Source: Botryllus schlosseri (lineage: Eukaryota). From it: a stretch of 64,000 bases of DNA. A program made the translations under genes and the position numbers. The stretch lies in the NCBI GenBank assembly GCA_051294905.1, contig CM119371.1:18850001-18914000 (forward strand), written 5' to 3'. Of the stretch, positions 11,137-21,485 are shown piece by piece (the first letter of the stretch is position 1; every line of letters begins with the position of its first letter). Below the pieces are notes generated by a model. The model saw only the letters and a list, made by a program, of their open reading frames with translations. It had not been told where the DNA came from and did not search any database.

Positions 11137-13474
11137 ATGAAGTATCGCGCGAAATTTGTAATTGTAGTCGGCCTAACGCATTTTCATTATATCGCAATCG
11201 TCTTAGAGAAACGGACAATGTCACATAAAACGGCAGAAACTGTCTCCATCTGTCGCCTACGACCATACCACGTTGAATATACCCGATCTCGTCCGATCTC
11301 GGAAGTCAAGTAACGTTGGGCCCGGTTAGTACTTGCATGGGTGACCGGCTGGGAATACCGGGTGTAGTAGGCGGCTTTTTCATTTTTTTCGCACAAACTC
11401 GATCAATTTGATCGCTGCGCTGTATTCACGTATGAAGTATCGCGCGAAATTTGTAATTGTAGTCGGCCTAACACATTTTCATGATATCGAAATCTCGTGC
11501 TGTTTTGACATGACGAAAATTCCAATAAAATAACTACTCTGACAGCGAGAGCTTACTTGTCTGTTTTTCGACCAGACACAAGAACAGAGCAGGACGCCAA
11601 TGATATTCGACCTCTTGTTGGTCAGAAAGTGCCTCGGCGCAATAAGACTATCTATACTATTCTGGCGTCTCGTCGACAGCATGGCGACGGAAATTGTCAC
11701 ATAAAACGGCACAGATCGTAACCACTGTCGCCTACGACCATACCACGTTGAATATACCCGATCTCGTCCGATCTCGGAAGTCAAGCAACGTTGGGCCCGG
11801 TTAGTACTTGCATGGGTGACCGGCTGGGAATACCGGGTGTAGTAGGCGGCTTTTTCATTTTTTTCGCACAAACTCGATCAATTTGATCGCTGCGCTGTAT
11901 TCACGTATGAAGTATCGCGCGAAATTTGTAATTGTAGTCGGCCTAACACATTTTCATGATATCGCAATCTCGTGCTGTTTTGACATGACGAAAATTCCAA
12001 TAAAATAACTACTCTGACAGCGAGAGCTTACTTGTCTGTTTTTCGACCAGACACAAGAACAGAGCAGGACGACAATGATATTCGAATTCTAGTTGGTCAG
12101 AAAGTGCCTCGGCGCAATAAGACTATCTACTATTCTGGCGTCTCGTCGACAGCATGGCGACGGAAATTGTCACATAAAACGGCACAGATCGTAACCACTG
12201 TCGCCTACGACCATACCGCGTTGAATATACCCGATCTCGTCCGATCTCGGAAGTCAAGCAACGTTGGGCCCGGTTAGTACTTGCATGGGTGACCGGCTGG
12301 GAATACCGGGTGTAGGTAGGCGGCTTTTGCATTTTTTATGCGCAAACTCGATCGTTTTGATTGCAACTGTTTTGTATGCGCACGTAGGCCTACGTACAAC
12401 TATGATTGTCATCATTTGCTGGCCGCCGCTTATTTCAATTGGTAGTTATACTAGGCCTGACACATTGTCATTATATCGAAATCTCGTGCTGTTTTCACAT
12501 GACGAAAAGTGCAATAAAATAACTACTCTGACAGCGAGAGCTTACTTGTGTGTTTGTCGACAAGATACAAGAACAGAGCAGGACGCCAATGATATTCGAC
12601 CTCTAGTTGGTCAGAAAGTGCCTCGGCGCAATAAGACTATCTATACTATTCTGGCGTCTCGTCGACAGCATGGCGACGTAAATTGTCACTAAAAACGGCA
12701 CAGATCGTAACCACTGTCGCCTACGACCATACCACGTTGAATATACCCGATCTCGTCCGATCTCGGAAGTCAAGCAATGTTTGGCCCGGTTAGTACTTGC
12801 ATGGGTGACCGGCTGGGAATACCGGGTGTAGTAGGCGGCTTTTTCATTTTTTTCGCACAAACTCGATCAATTTGATCGCTGCGCTGTATTCACGTATGAA
12901 GTATCGCGCGAAATTTGTAATTGTAGTCGGCCTAACGCATTTTCATTATATCGCAATCGTCTTAGAGAAACGGACAATGTCACATAAATCGGCAGAAACT
13001 GTCACGATCTGTCGCCTACGACCATACCACGTTGAATATACCCGATCTCGTCCGATCTCGGAAGTCAAGTAACGTTGGGCCCGGTTAGTACTTGCATGGG
13101 TGACCGGCTGGGAATACCGGGTGTAGTAGGCGGCTTTTTCATTTTTTTCGCACAAACTCGATCAATTTGATCGCTGCGCTGTATTCACGTATGAAGTATC
13201 GCGCGAAATTTGTAATTGTAGTCGGCCTAACGCATTTTCATTATATCGCAATCGTCTAAAAGAAACGGATAATGTCACATAAAACGGCAGAAACTGACAC
13301 GATCTGTCGCCTACGACCATACCACGTTGAATATACCCGATCTCGGAAGTCAAGTAACGTTGGGCCCGGTTAGTACTTGCATGGGTGACCGGCTGGGAAT
13401 ACCGGGTGTAGTAGGCGGCTTTTTCATTTTTTTCGCACAAACTCGATCAATTTGATCGCTGCGCTGTATTCACG

Positions 13475-14042
13475 GCGTCCTAAACATTGAAGATATGCGG
13501 AAACTAGAAATCGCCAAGTTTATGTATCAGTTTCACTGCGGTCGTTGCCCCGAATACTTCAATGACTTCTTTACCTCTGAATCAAAAGCGCACAAGTACA
13601 ACACACGCGCGTCCACGTCGTCCAAATATCATATGATCGACCGCGAAGATCATCGCTCCATCAAATATGCCGGACCTGATGTGTGGAACAGTATCCCGCC
13701 GGCCATCCGACAGTCGACGAGCATGTCCACATTCAAGTCGAAATACAAGCAATTACTACTAAATAAATACAGTACATCCTCAAGATTACCGGACCACGAC
13801 TGACCTATCGATCTCGCTTCCCATGACATGCCGCCCTATTTCTTGTCGCATTCTTTTTCTATACTATCTTCTTTACTTTCATTCAGTGTGCATGCCTCCT
13901 CTTTACATCGCCTAGGCCAAGGTGGGTGTCAGATTCCATAGACTACTCCTTGTCGCTTCGACATCTTCCTGTCTTTTCATTGTATCGCATTTTTGTGGTG
14001 TATTGAACTGATAAAATTGCTAATAAACCAATGATGATGATG
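13475..14042 (+). mobile_element. Copy of LINE 3' fragment
   Basis: Near-identical to 4462-5029, same junctions. Confidence 0.8.
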
Positions 14043-14410
14043 ATGAAGTATCGCGCGAAATTTGTAATTGTAGTCGGCCTAACGCATTTTCATTATATCG
14101 CAATCGTCTTAGAGAAACGGACAATGTCACATAAAACGGCAGAAACTGTCTCCATCTGTCGCCTACGACCATACCACGTTGAATATACCCGATCTCGTCC
14201 GATCTCGGAAGTCAAGCAACGTTGGGCAAGCAACGTTGGGCCGAGAGAGGCGGCGAGCGAGACGGACGTGTTTTCGACGCTGCGGAAGATTACTAGCTTA
14301 GAGGCGAGGTATTACTGGATTACGCGAAGTACTGGATATACCGAATATATTGGATAAACGAAATATACTGGATATAAGACATAACACCTGAGAAAGGTAA
14401 AAGATTGATA

Positions 14411-15598
14411 ATGGCGACGGCCATGACGACCTGCAACGCTAGTGAAGCAGAAGGAAATGCTACACAGCCATCATATGCAACAGTAACGTCGAAATCAAAG
14501 AATACAACAACATACAAGAAAACCAAGCAAGAAATACCGATCTACAAGAATACGAGAAATAGGTCTTACTTCGTAAGGGGAGAAGACAACCTTGACCTTG
14601 ATATTGTAGCAAAAGAGCTGGAAAGCAACACCATCACTGCAAAGTACCATGAACACATTGAAGGAGTATACAAACTGAAAGCCGGAACATTCGTTATCAC
14701 AATGAAAGAAGATAAAAGTGGAAAGAAGCTAAAAGACGAATTGCTACAAGAGCTGAGCCGAAACCCTGCACAGGCAGGGTTTAACGAGATAACCATAGAG
14801 CTCCCAAAGCGTCCAGCAACACATCTTATTGTCAAAGGCATAGCATGTGAAACTAAAAGGGACACGGCAGTTGAACAACTGAACAAATATGGATTCGGAA
14901 AGGTTGTCAATCAGACAAGAGTACTTTACAAGAATACTAACTGGTACAATGGCTACACAAACATCTGGATGGAAGATTTCAGAAAAGAAGATATGCCAGA
15001 AAGTATGATTATTGATGGTGTGAGATGCTGGATCCAGACTGCTGCAGATGCATATCAAATGCGATGCTACAACTGCAAGAGGACGGGTCATATGGTCAAA
15101 GATTGCCAATCCGAAAAATTGGAATGCGCGAAATGCAGTCGGCTCGGCCATAGTACAGATGAATGCAAAGCAAAACGTAGCAAAAGACAAAGCGAACACG
15201 AGGCTGAAATCGAAAATGCTGAGGGAGTCAATGATCAAATCGTAGATAACCCTGTGAGAAAAAACTCAAGCGAACCCAATGCTGGTGAGAGAATAACAGA
15301 CGATACGAACGAATCGACGAGAATAACAACAGAGAAACCAGCTGACCTGAATATGAGTCAGAATGAGGACACGAACAGAAATCAAACAGCGCCGAATAGC
15401 CCAGTGATGACGAAATCTTACACGTCAGCGGACGCTGCATACGAGAATGAAGACACAACAGAGGAACACTCCGTACAGCCTCAGGTCAGCGAGAAAAAAC
15501 GCGAATCAGGCAAATCAAATGAAATACAGACGGCCCAAAAGCTACTCAGTAAAAAGTCGTCTAATGCCAACAAAGGACCAAAACCGAGCGCCAGCTGA
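14411..15598 (+). CDS. ORF1, gag-like nucleic-acid-binding protein with two CCHC zinc knuckles
   Basis: First ATG at 14411; CYNCKRTGHMVKDC and CAKCSRLGHSTDEC; low-complexity C-terminus. Confidence 0.9.
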   Translation: MATAMTTCNASEAEGNATQPSYATVTSKSKNTTTYKKTKQEIPIYKNTRNRSYFVRGEDNLDLDIVAKELESNTITAKYHEHIEGVYKLKAGTFVITMKEDKSGKKLKDELLQELSRNPAQAGFNEITIELPKRPATHLIVKGIACETKRDTAVEQLNKYGFGKVVNQTRVLYKNTNWYNGYTNIWMEDFRKEDMPESMIIDGVRCWIQTAADAYQMRCYNCKRTGHMVKDCQSEKLECAKCSRLGHSTDECKAKRSKRQSEHEAEIENAEGVNDQIVDNPVRKNSSEPNAGERITDDTNESTRITTEKPADLNMSQNEDTNRNQTAPNSPVMTKSYTSADAAYENEDTTEEHSVQPQVSEKKRESGKSNEIQTAQKLLSKKSSNANKGPKPSAS

Positions 15599-15755
15599 GA
15601 TAAGGCGGCGAAACAACAATGCGGAAATAGAGTAACGACCAGGAACAACACAAGCAACCAAGTGAGAATAATAAAACCGAATATAAATGGTATTAAAAAA
15701 GACAACAGTAAAAGAAAGACAGCCATAATCCAGCAGGACCCCCAAAACAAAATCA

Positions 15756-18700
15756 ATGGCGAACCTATTGAAGCTAGCATCGGTTAACGTAAATGGATTA
15801 TCAAACAGACTACAGGATTTGGAACAATATATACGGACATCGAATTTGGATATATTATTGATTCAGGAAACGCATAAGATCGATAATGTGGATATACGTA
15901 ACTGGGCAGCGGATATCGGATTTATTATCTACTTCAACACAAAGAACGAAGTGAGACAATATTCTGGCACTGCGATAATGATTAAAGAACATCACGAAGG
16001 TAAAATTTTACGCCACTATAGCATGATCGAAAACCGTGCCCAATGCCTCTGCATTCAAATTGACAAATGTCCAATAACTATAATAAATATTTATGCCCCG
16101 TCTGGACAATCCGCAGATGCGAGAAAGTTACGTGACGATTTCCTAATCCAACTAGAATCAGAAATCCATGAAATTGAAGTCCCGATTATAATGGGTGGTG
16201 ATTTCAACCTAATTATTGACAAAAAAGACACTCGAATTAAACAGAACCTCCATGTCAGAAGCGCCGAGAGACACTTTGAAAAGCTAACTAATGACGCGGA
16301 ACTGATTGACGTGTTTAGGAGTAAACATCCTCTTGCCGAAGTATTCACTTACGTCACTGGAAAAAACGCGAGGAGACTAGATCGTTTCTACGCATCTTGT
16401 GAACTCATGAGCCATGTCCAGAATGCAGGACATGAAAATAACCTTGTGGCTGACCACATAAGTCCGACAATAACACTCGCAATTGAGCCAAGCACTCTAT
16501 GGGGAAGAAAAAATTGGAAGTGTAATAATGACCTTTTGCGAGATGACGTGTACCGAGATATAATATCTAATCTCATCAGCTTTGAAGAGAATAATATCCA
16601 ACACTGCCATGGCATTCAACAATGGTGGGACAGACTAAAAGATAGAATTGCCAACGTAAGTAAGAGATATGAGATAGACAAATATAAAACTTGTGATCCT
16701 CAGATAACGTATCAGAGGGTAACGGGAAAATTGCGCATGTTAACCAAAATTGACCGTTGCGAAGGTGAACCTAACACGACGAGACAATTTTGGCAAGAAT
16801 TAAAGACAAGACGACGCAAGACCGAGCTTAAAGAACTTCAGCTCAGAGATGGAACGGTAACGACTGACCGTAATATTATTGCTAACCAGATTGAACAATT
16901 TTACACAGAATTGTGGACCCGACACGACGGCATTAATTCGTACGATCAAGACGAATATCTATCATCGTACCAACACGACTGCATGCACGGGAAAGACAAT
17001 GAACAAACATCGGTAATACAATCTAGCGAAATATTACAAATACTAAAAGCAATGAACAGGGAAAGGTCACCGGGTTTCGACGGCCTGACAGTGGAATTCT
17101 ACCTTGCAATGTGGCAAAACATTGGTTCGAGATTAACAGAAATCATAAACAACGCGCTAATATACGGAAACATACCGCATAGCTGGAAACGTGCTAAAAT
17201 TATTTTGATTCACAAAGGAAAGGACAAAAAGGATTTAGCGAACTGGCGACCCATTTCGCTATTAAACACGGACTACAAAATAATGGCGAAAATTCTCAAC
17301 AACAGACTGGTTGAGGAAATTTCGAGCAACATCAACATGACACAGAAAGCGGGAATTCCCGGAAGACAAATGGACGTGATACACAACAATGTGAGTGCAA
17401 TTGTTAATTATCATCAAGAAAAACCTTTGGAAGGTTATATAATGACAATAGACGCAAGGAAAGCCTTTGATAAGGTAAATCACCAAATGCTCTTCAAAGT
17501 GCTTGGTAAACTGCCCGTCACGAGAGAAACTCTTAAAGTGATCAAAGCTATATATGATAATCCTATTGCGACCCTCGAGGTTAACGGCCTCCAAGCAGCC
17601 AACGTAAATTGTACGAGGGGCATTAGACAAGGATGTCCTTTGAGTATGACGCTATACGCGATTAGCGCAGACCCGCTAGCCCACAAATTATGCACTAACG
17701 ACAACATCAAGGGTATCCGAATCGGCGGGATAGAGCATAAATTAGACCAATTTGCTGATGACGTCACACTGTATCTAAGAACAACTGACTCTATTGCCAC
17801 AGTCATTAACGAATATCAAAGCTTGCACAGAGTGACAGGTCAAGATATCAACACAGACAAGACGGAAATCCTACCGCTGAACGAAAAATCGCGTATCAAA
17901 CTGCAAAAAACTGCGCACGCAGATATGCTAAAGCCAGTAATTAAGATACTGGGCCTATACCACGGTGAAAGCGAACTGCAAATGAACTTCGACAGGCTCT
18001 GGCAAGGAGTCGAGAAAAGCGTAAGGCATATTAAATCAAAACGACTTTCTTGGATTGGTAAAATAATGGCGATTAAGGCATACATAATTAGCAAAATAAC
18101 TTATACATATGCCAACAAGCAAATTCCAGGCGACAAGCTCAAGCAACTCGAACGCCTCGTCTTCGGCCTACTGTGGAGTCCTGAGAAACTCGAGCAAAAA
18201 AGCAGAATGCAACTGATCAGACCTAAGCCAGAAGGAGGGATTGATATGCCAGATATCGAATCTGCAACACAAGCAAAGAGAGCAAAAAGACTACAACAAC
18301 TTAGTCGACTCGAGAACCCGATTGATATCTGGCATGCAGAAGCGATATACAATCTCACAACGAAGGTGAGCGACATAAATTGCAATTTATACAACAACCT
18401 CTACCCTCACAGAAATACATTGACGGAGGAATGGAAGAAGGAAAAGGAAATATTCGACGTAATTAAAAGCCGATCACAGGATATACAAGAACTAAGCCAG
18501 AAAGAAATGTACAAAATCCTTGTTAAAACGAAGACGCAACAAGGAGGAAGCCGCATGGCGGACTGGAAAGAGATATGGCTATACCAGCCCAATATCAAAG
18601 ATCACATTGACAACAAGAAACGTGAGATTTCGTATCGAATTAACACTGAGAGCTACTTTACAGGCTCCAGGAAAACCAACGCAGGCTGGGTACGAAGAAA

Positions 18701-19034
18701 AGACGCCTACTTGAAGAACAAATGCAAATTCTGCCAACACGCCGAAGATACTCTGCGTCACACCTTCGCCGAATGCGCAACTTACAAAAAACTGTTCTCT
18801 CTTGTAATACAGGATCTCGAGAACGACCTGCAAACGACTATTGACGCTACACCCGACGAGATCATACGCAACGTCTACGACGGACCGCAAGCTCCGACTA
18901 TAATAAAAGCTTTTATGAACGTGAAAACCCTTGTGTGGGAATGGAAAAACGCACTCGACATACAAAATGAATACGCCCAAAATATTGACCAACGCATCCA
19001 AGATATAAGAAGTAAAATATACCGAATAATATAA
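15756..19034 (+). CDS. ORF2: APE endonuclease + reverse transcriptase + CCHC (1092 aa, intact)
   Basis: APE motifs NVNGL, IQET, NIYAP, GGDFN, RLDRFY, DH; RT motifs PGFDG, RPISLLN, QGCPLS, FADD; C-terminal CKFC...H...C. Confidence 0.96.
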   Translation: MANLLKLASVNVNGLSNRLQDLEQYIRTSNLDILLIQETHKIDNVDIRNWAADIGFIIYFNTKNEVRQYSGTAIMIKEHHEGKILRHYSMIENRAQCLCIQIDKCPITIINIYAPSGQSADARKLRDDFLIQLESEIHEIEVPIIMGGDFNLIIDKKDTRIKQNLHVRSAERHFEKLTNDAELIDVFRSKHPLAEVFTYVTGKNARRLDRFYASCELMSHVQNAGHENNLVADHISPTITLAIEPSTLWGRKNWKCNNDLLRDDVYRDIISNLISFEENNIQHCHGIQQWWDRLKDRIANVSKRYEIDKYKTCDPQITYQRVTGKLRMLTKIDRCEGEPNTTRQFWQELKTRRRKTELKELQLRDGTVTTDRNIIANQIEQFYTELWTRHDGINSYDQDEYLSSYQHDCMHGKDNEQTSVIQSSEILQILKAMNRERSPGFDGLTVEFYLAMWQNIGSRLTEIINNALIYGNIPHSWKRAKIILIHKGKDKKDLANWRPISLLNTDYKIMAKILNNRLVEEISSNINMTQKAGIPGRQMDVIHNNVSAIVNYHQEKPLEGYIMTIDARKAFDKVNHQMLFKVLGKLPVTRETLKVIKAIYDNPIATLEVNGLQAANVNCTRGIRQGCPLSMTLYAISADPLAHKLCTNDNIKGIRIGGIEHKLDQFADDVTLYLRTTDSIATVINEYQSLHRVTGQDINTDKTEILPLNEKSRIKLQKTAHADMLKPVIKILGLYHGESELQMNFDRLWQGVEKSVRHIKSKRLSWIGKIMAIKAYIISKITYTYANKQIPGDKLKQLERLVFGLLWSPEKLEQKSRMQLIRPKPEGGIDMPDIESATQAKRAKRLQQLSRLENPIDIWHAEAIYNLTTKVSDINCNLYNNLYPHRNTLTEEWKKEKEIFDVIKSRSQDIQELSQKEMYKILVKTKTQQGGSRMADWKEIWLYQPNIKDHIDNKKREISYRINTESYFTGSRKTNAGWVRRKDAYLKNKCKFCQHAEDTLRHTFAECATYKKLFSLVIQDLENDLQTTIDATPDEIIRNVYDGPQAPTIIKAFMNVKTLVWEWKNALDIQNEYAQNIDQRIQDIRSKIYRII

Positions 19035-19527
19035 GCGAGCCATTTAAACGCTCACGCGATAAATCATGTTGCATTTATCGACCGGCAAAACGCAACCAAT
19101 CCACCTGCAACCTATCCAAACCACCAAACCTCCCATCCCACTCTACCCCACCCCTAAACCAACACCTACTTCCCCAATCTACCCTATCCACCACCCCCCA
19201 TGCCCTATCCCTACCCCACCCACCCCTACCCTATTCCTACCCCACCCACCACCACTCCACCGAATTTATATGAAAATCACACGCAAACGAGCGCCAAGTA
19301 CTGGCGGCTCCTTCTACGACCGCGACAACGAATCGACATCGACTGCTATGATGAGATGAGATGAGACGAGCGACTACGAGCGCCAACTTACGACGGCGTC
19401 TACTACGACCGCGTATACAAATACTACTTCGGCAACGGCTGAGACGAGATGACCAGATGATGGGGAAAGATTTTCTTTATGAAATTTTTGAAAATTTATG
19501 TATATATTTGAATAAACATCACAAAAA

Positions 19528-19929
19528 CGGTTAGTACTTGCATGGGTGACCGGCTGGGAATACCGGGTGTAGGTAGGCGGCTTTTGCACTTTTGTCGCAC
19601 AAACTCGATCAATTCAATTGCTGTGCACTATTCTCATATGAACTATCCCGCGGAATTTGTAATTGTAGTCGGCCTAACGCATTTTAATTATATCGCAATC
19701 GCCTTATGCTCAGAGAAACGGACAATGTCACATAAAACGGCAGAAACTGTCACAATCTGTCGCCTACGACCATACCACGTTGAATATACCCGATCTCGTC
19801 CGATCTCGGATGTCAAGCAACGTTGGGCCCGGTTAGTACTTGCATGGGTGACCGGCTGGGAATACCGGGTGTAGGTAGGCGGCTTTTGGACTTTTTTCGC
19901 ACAAACTCGATCAATTTGATTGCACGTAC
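19528..19929 (+). rRNA. 5S 3' half (19528-19578) and one complete 5S gene (19762-19880) between copies 2 and 3
   Basis: 5S core sequence. Confidence 0.93.
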
Positions 19930-20082
19930 TTCGTACTTCGTACTTCGTACTTCGTAAGGGGAGAAGACAACCTTGACCTTGATATTGTAGTAAAAGAGCT
20001 GGAAAGCAACACCATCACTGCAGAATACCATGAACACATTGAAGGAATATACAAACTGAAAGCCGGAACATTCGTTATCACA

Positions 20083-21168
20083 ATGAAAGAAGAGAAAAGT
20101 GGAAAGAAGCTAAAAGATGAATTGCTACAGCAGCTAAGCCAAAACCCTACGCAAGCAAAGTTTAACGAGATAACCATAGAGCTCCCAAAGCGTCCAGCAA
20201 CACATCTTATTGTCAAAGGCATAGCATGTGAAACTAAAAGGGACACGGCAGTTGAACAACTGAACAAATATGGATTCGGAAAGGTTGTCAATCAGACAAG
20301 AGTACTTTACAAGAATACTAACTGGTACAATGGCTTCACTAACATCTGGATGGAAGATTTCAGTAAAGAAGACATGCCAGAAAGTATGATTATTGATGGT
20401 GTGAGATGTTGGATCAAGACTGCTGCAGATGCATATCAAAAGCGATGCTACAACTGCAACGGAACGGGTCACATGATCAGAGATTGCCCAGCCGAAAAAT
20501 TAGAATGCACGAAGTGCGGCGGGCTTGGCCATGGTGCAGAAACATGCAAAGCAAAACGTGGCAAAAGACAAAACGAACACGAGGCTGGAATCGAAAAGGC
20601 TGAGGGAGTCAATGTTCAAATCGCAGATAAACCGGTGAGAGTCAACTCAAACGAACCCCATGCTGGTGAGAGAAAAACCGACGAAACGAACGAATCGGCG
20701 AAAACAACAACAGAGAAACCAGCTGACCTGAATATGAGTCAGAATGAGGACACGAGCAGAAATGAAACAGCGCCGAATAGCCCAGTGATGACGAAATCTT
20801 ACACGTCACCGGACGCTGCATACGAGGATGAAGACACAACAGAGGAACACTCCGTACAGCCTCAGGTCAGCGAGAAAAAACGCGAATCAGGCAAATCAAA
20901 TGAAACACAGACGGCCCAAAAGTTACTCAGTAAAAAGTCGTATAATGCCAACAAAGGACAAAAATCGAGCGCCAGCTGTGATAAGGCGGCGAAACAACAA
21001 AACGGAAATAGAGTAACGACCAGAAACAACACAAGCAACCAAGTGAGGATAACGAAACCGAATATAAATGGCATTAAAAAAGACAACACGAAAAAGAAGA
21101 CAGCCATAATCCCGCAAGACCCCCAAAACAGAACCAATGGCGAACCTATTGAAGCTAGCATCGATTAA
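20083..21168 (+). CDS. ORF1 of copy 3 (N-truncated; overlaps the ORF2 start at 21137)
   Basis: Homologous to 14411-15598; two CCHC knuckles. Confidence 0.85.
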   Translation: MKEEKSGKKLKDELLQQLSQNPTQAKFNEITIELPKRPATHLIVKGIACETKRDTAVEQLNKYGFGKVVNQTRVLYKNTNWYNGFTNIWMEDFSKEDMPESMIIDGVRCWIKTAADAYQKRCYNCNGTGHMIRDCPAEKLECTKCGGLGHGAETCKAKRGKRQNEHEAGIEKAEGVNVQIADKPVRVNSNEPHAGERKTDETNESAKTTTEKPADLNMSQNEDTSRNETAPNSPVMTKSYTSPDAAYEDEDTTEEHSVQPQVSEKKRESGKSNETQTAQKLLSKKSYNANKGQKSSASCDKAAKQQNGNRVTTRNNTSNQVRITKPNINGIKKDNTKKKTAIIPQDPQNRTNGEPIEASID

Positions 21169-21246
21169 CGTAAATGGACTATCAAACAGACTACCGGATT
21201 TAGAACAATATATACAGACATCGAATTTGGATATATTATTGATTCA
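21137..21246 (+). pseudogene. ORF2 N-terminus of copy 3, cut off by the Penelope-like insertion
   Basis: MANLLKLASINVNGL...LLIQ, then foreign sequence. Confidence 0.9.
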
Positions 21247-21284
21247 ATATTGCAGCAAACAATACGCTCATATTGTAAATTTAT

Positions 21285-21324
21285 TCCACTGGAAGCTTTT
21301 CGTCTGGCTCTCTTCAGCAGTGAA
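21285..21324 (-). ncRNA. Minimal type I hammerhead ribozyme (second copy, Penelope 3' UTR)
   Basis: Reverse complement of 22982-23021. Confidence 0.8.
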
Positions 21325-21485
21325 CGCCAGAAAATGAGGTTAACCAAGTTCGAAATATAGGAAGAATTTTGTCGTTGTGACGTAATAATGACAAGTACAC
21401 AAGTCGCGAACGGCAGTAAACAGCGCACGGTTACGGTACAGCACACACGAAATCAGCTGTAAAACAGCCGAATGACAAAACAACA

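Larger units (their letters stand above)
7350..14220. repeat. 2906-bp higher-order repeat (6 5S units + LINE fragment)
   Basis: Identical ORF-track entries at 7683, 10589, 13495; the preceding copy has a 3201-bp period (one extra 295-bp unit). Confidence 0.9.
4059..14242 (+). rRNA. 5S rDNA array block (genes start at 4286, 5148, 5623, 6096, 6612, 6907, 7202, 7497, 8349, 8824, 9297, 9813, 10108, 10403, 11255, 11730, 12203, 12719, 13014, 13309, 14161)
   Basis: Tandem 5S cores with units of about 295, 473-475 and 516 bp. Confidence 0.95.
14243..19527 (+). mobile_element. 5S-targeting L1/Tx1-clade non-LTR retrotransposon, copy 2 (apparently full length, about 5.3 kb)
   Basis: 5' UTR, ORF1, ORF2, 3' UTR with AATAAA and short A tail; lies between 5S nt 68 and nt 69. 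Confidence 0.96.

Noticed and set aside
19066..19359. Proline-rich ORF after ORF2 (also 26283-26585)
   Set aside because: Product of the C-rich 3' UTR; start and sequence are not conserved across the three copies
14243..19527. R2-like (restriction-like endonuclease) or group II intron/retron identity for the element
   Set aside because: N-terminal APE domain and a separate gag-like ORF1 indicate L1/Tx1 architecture
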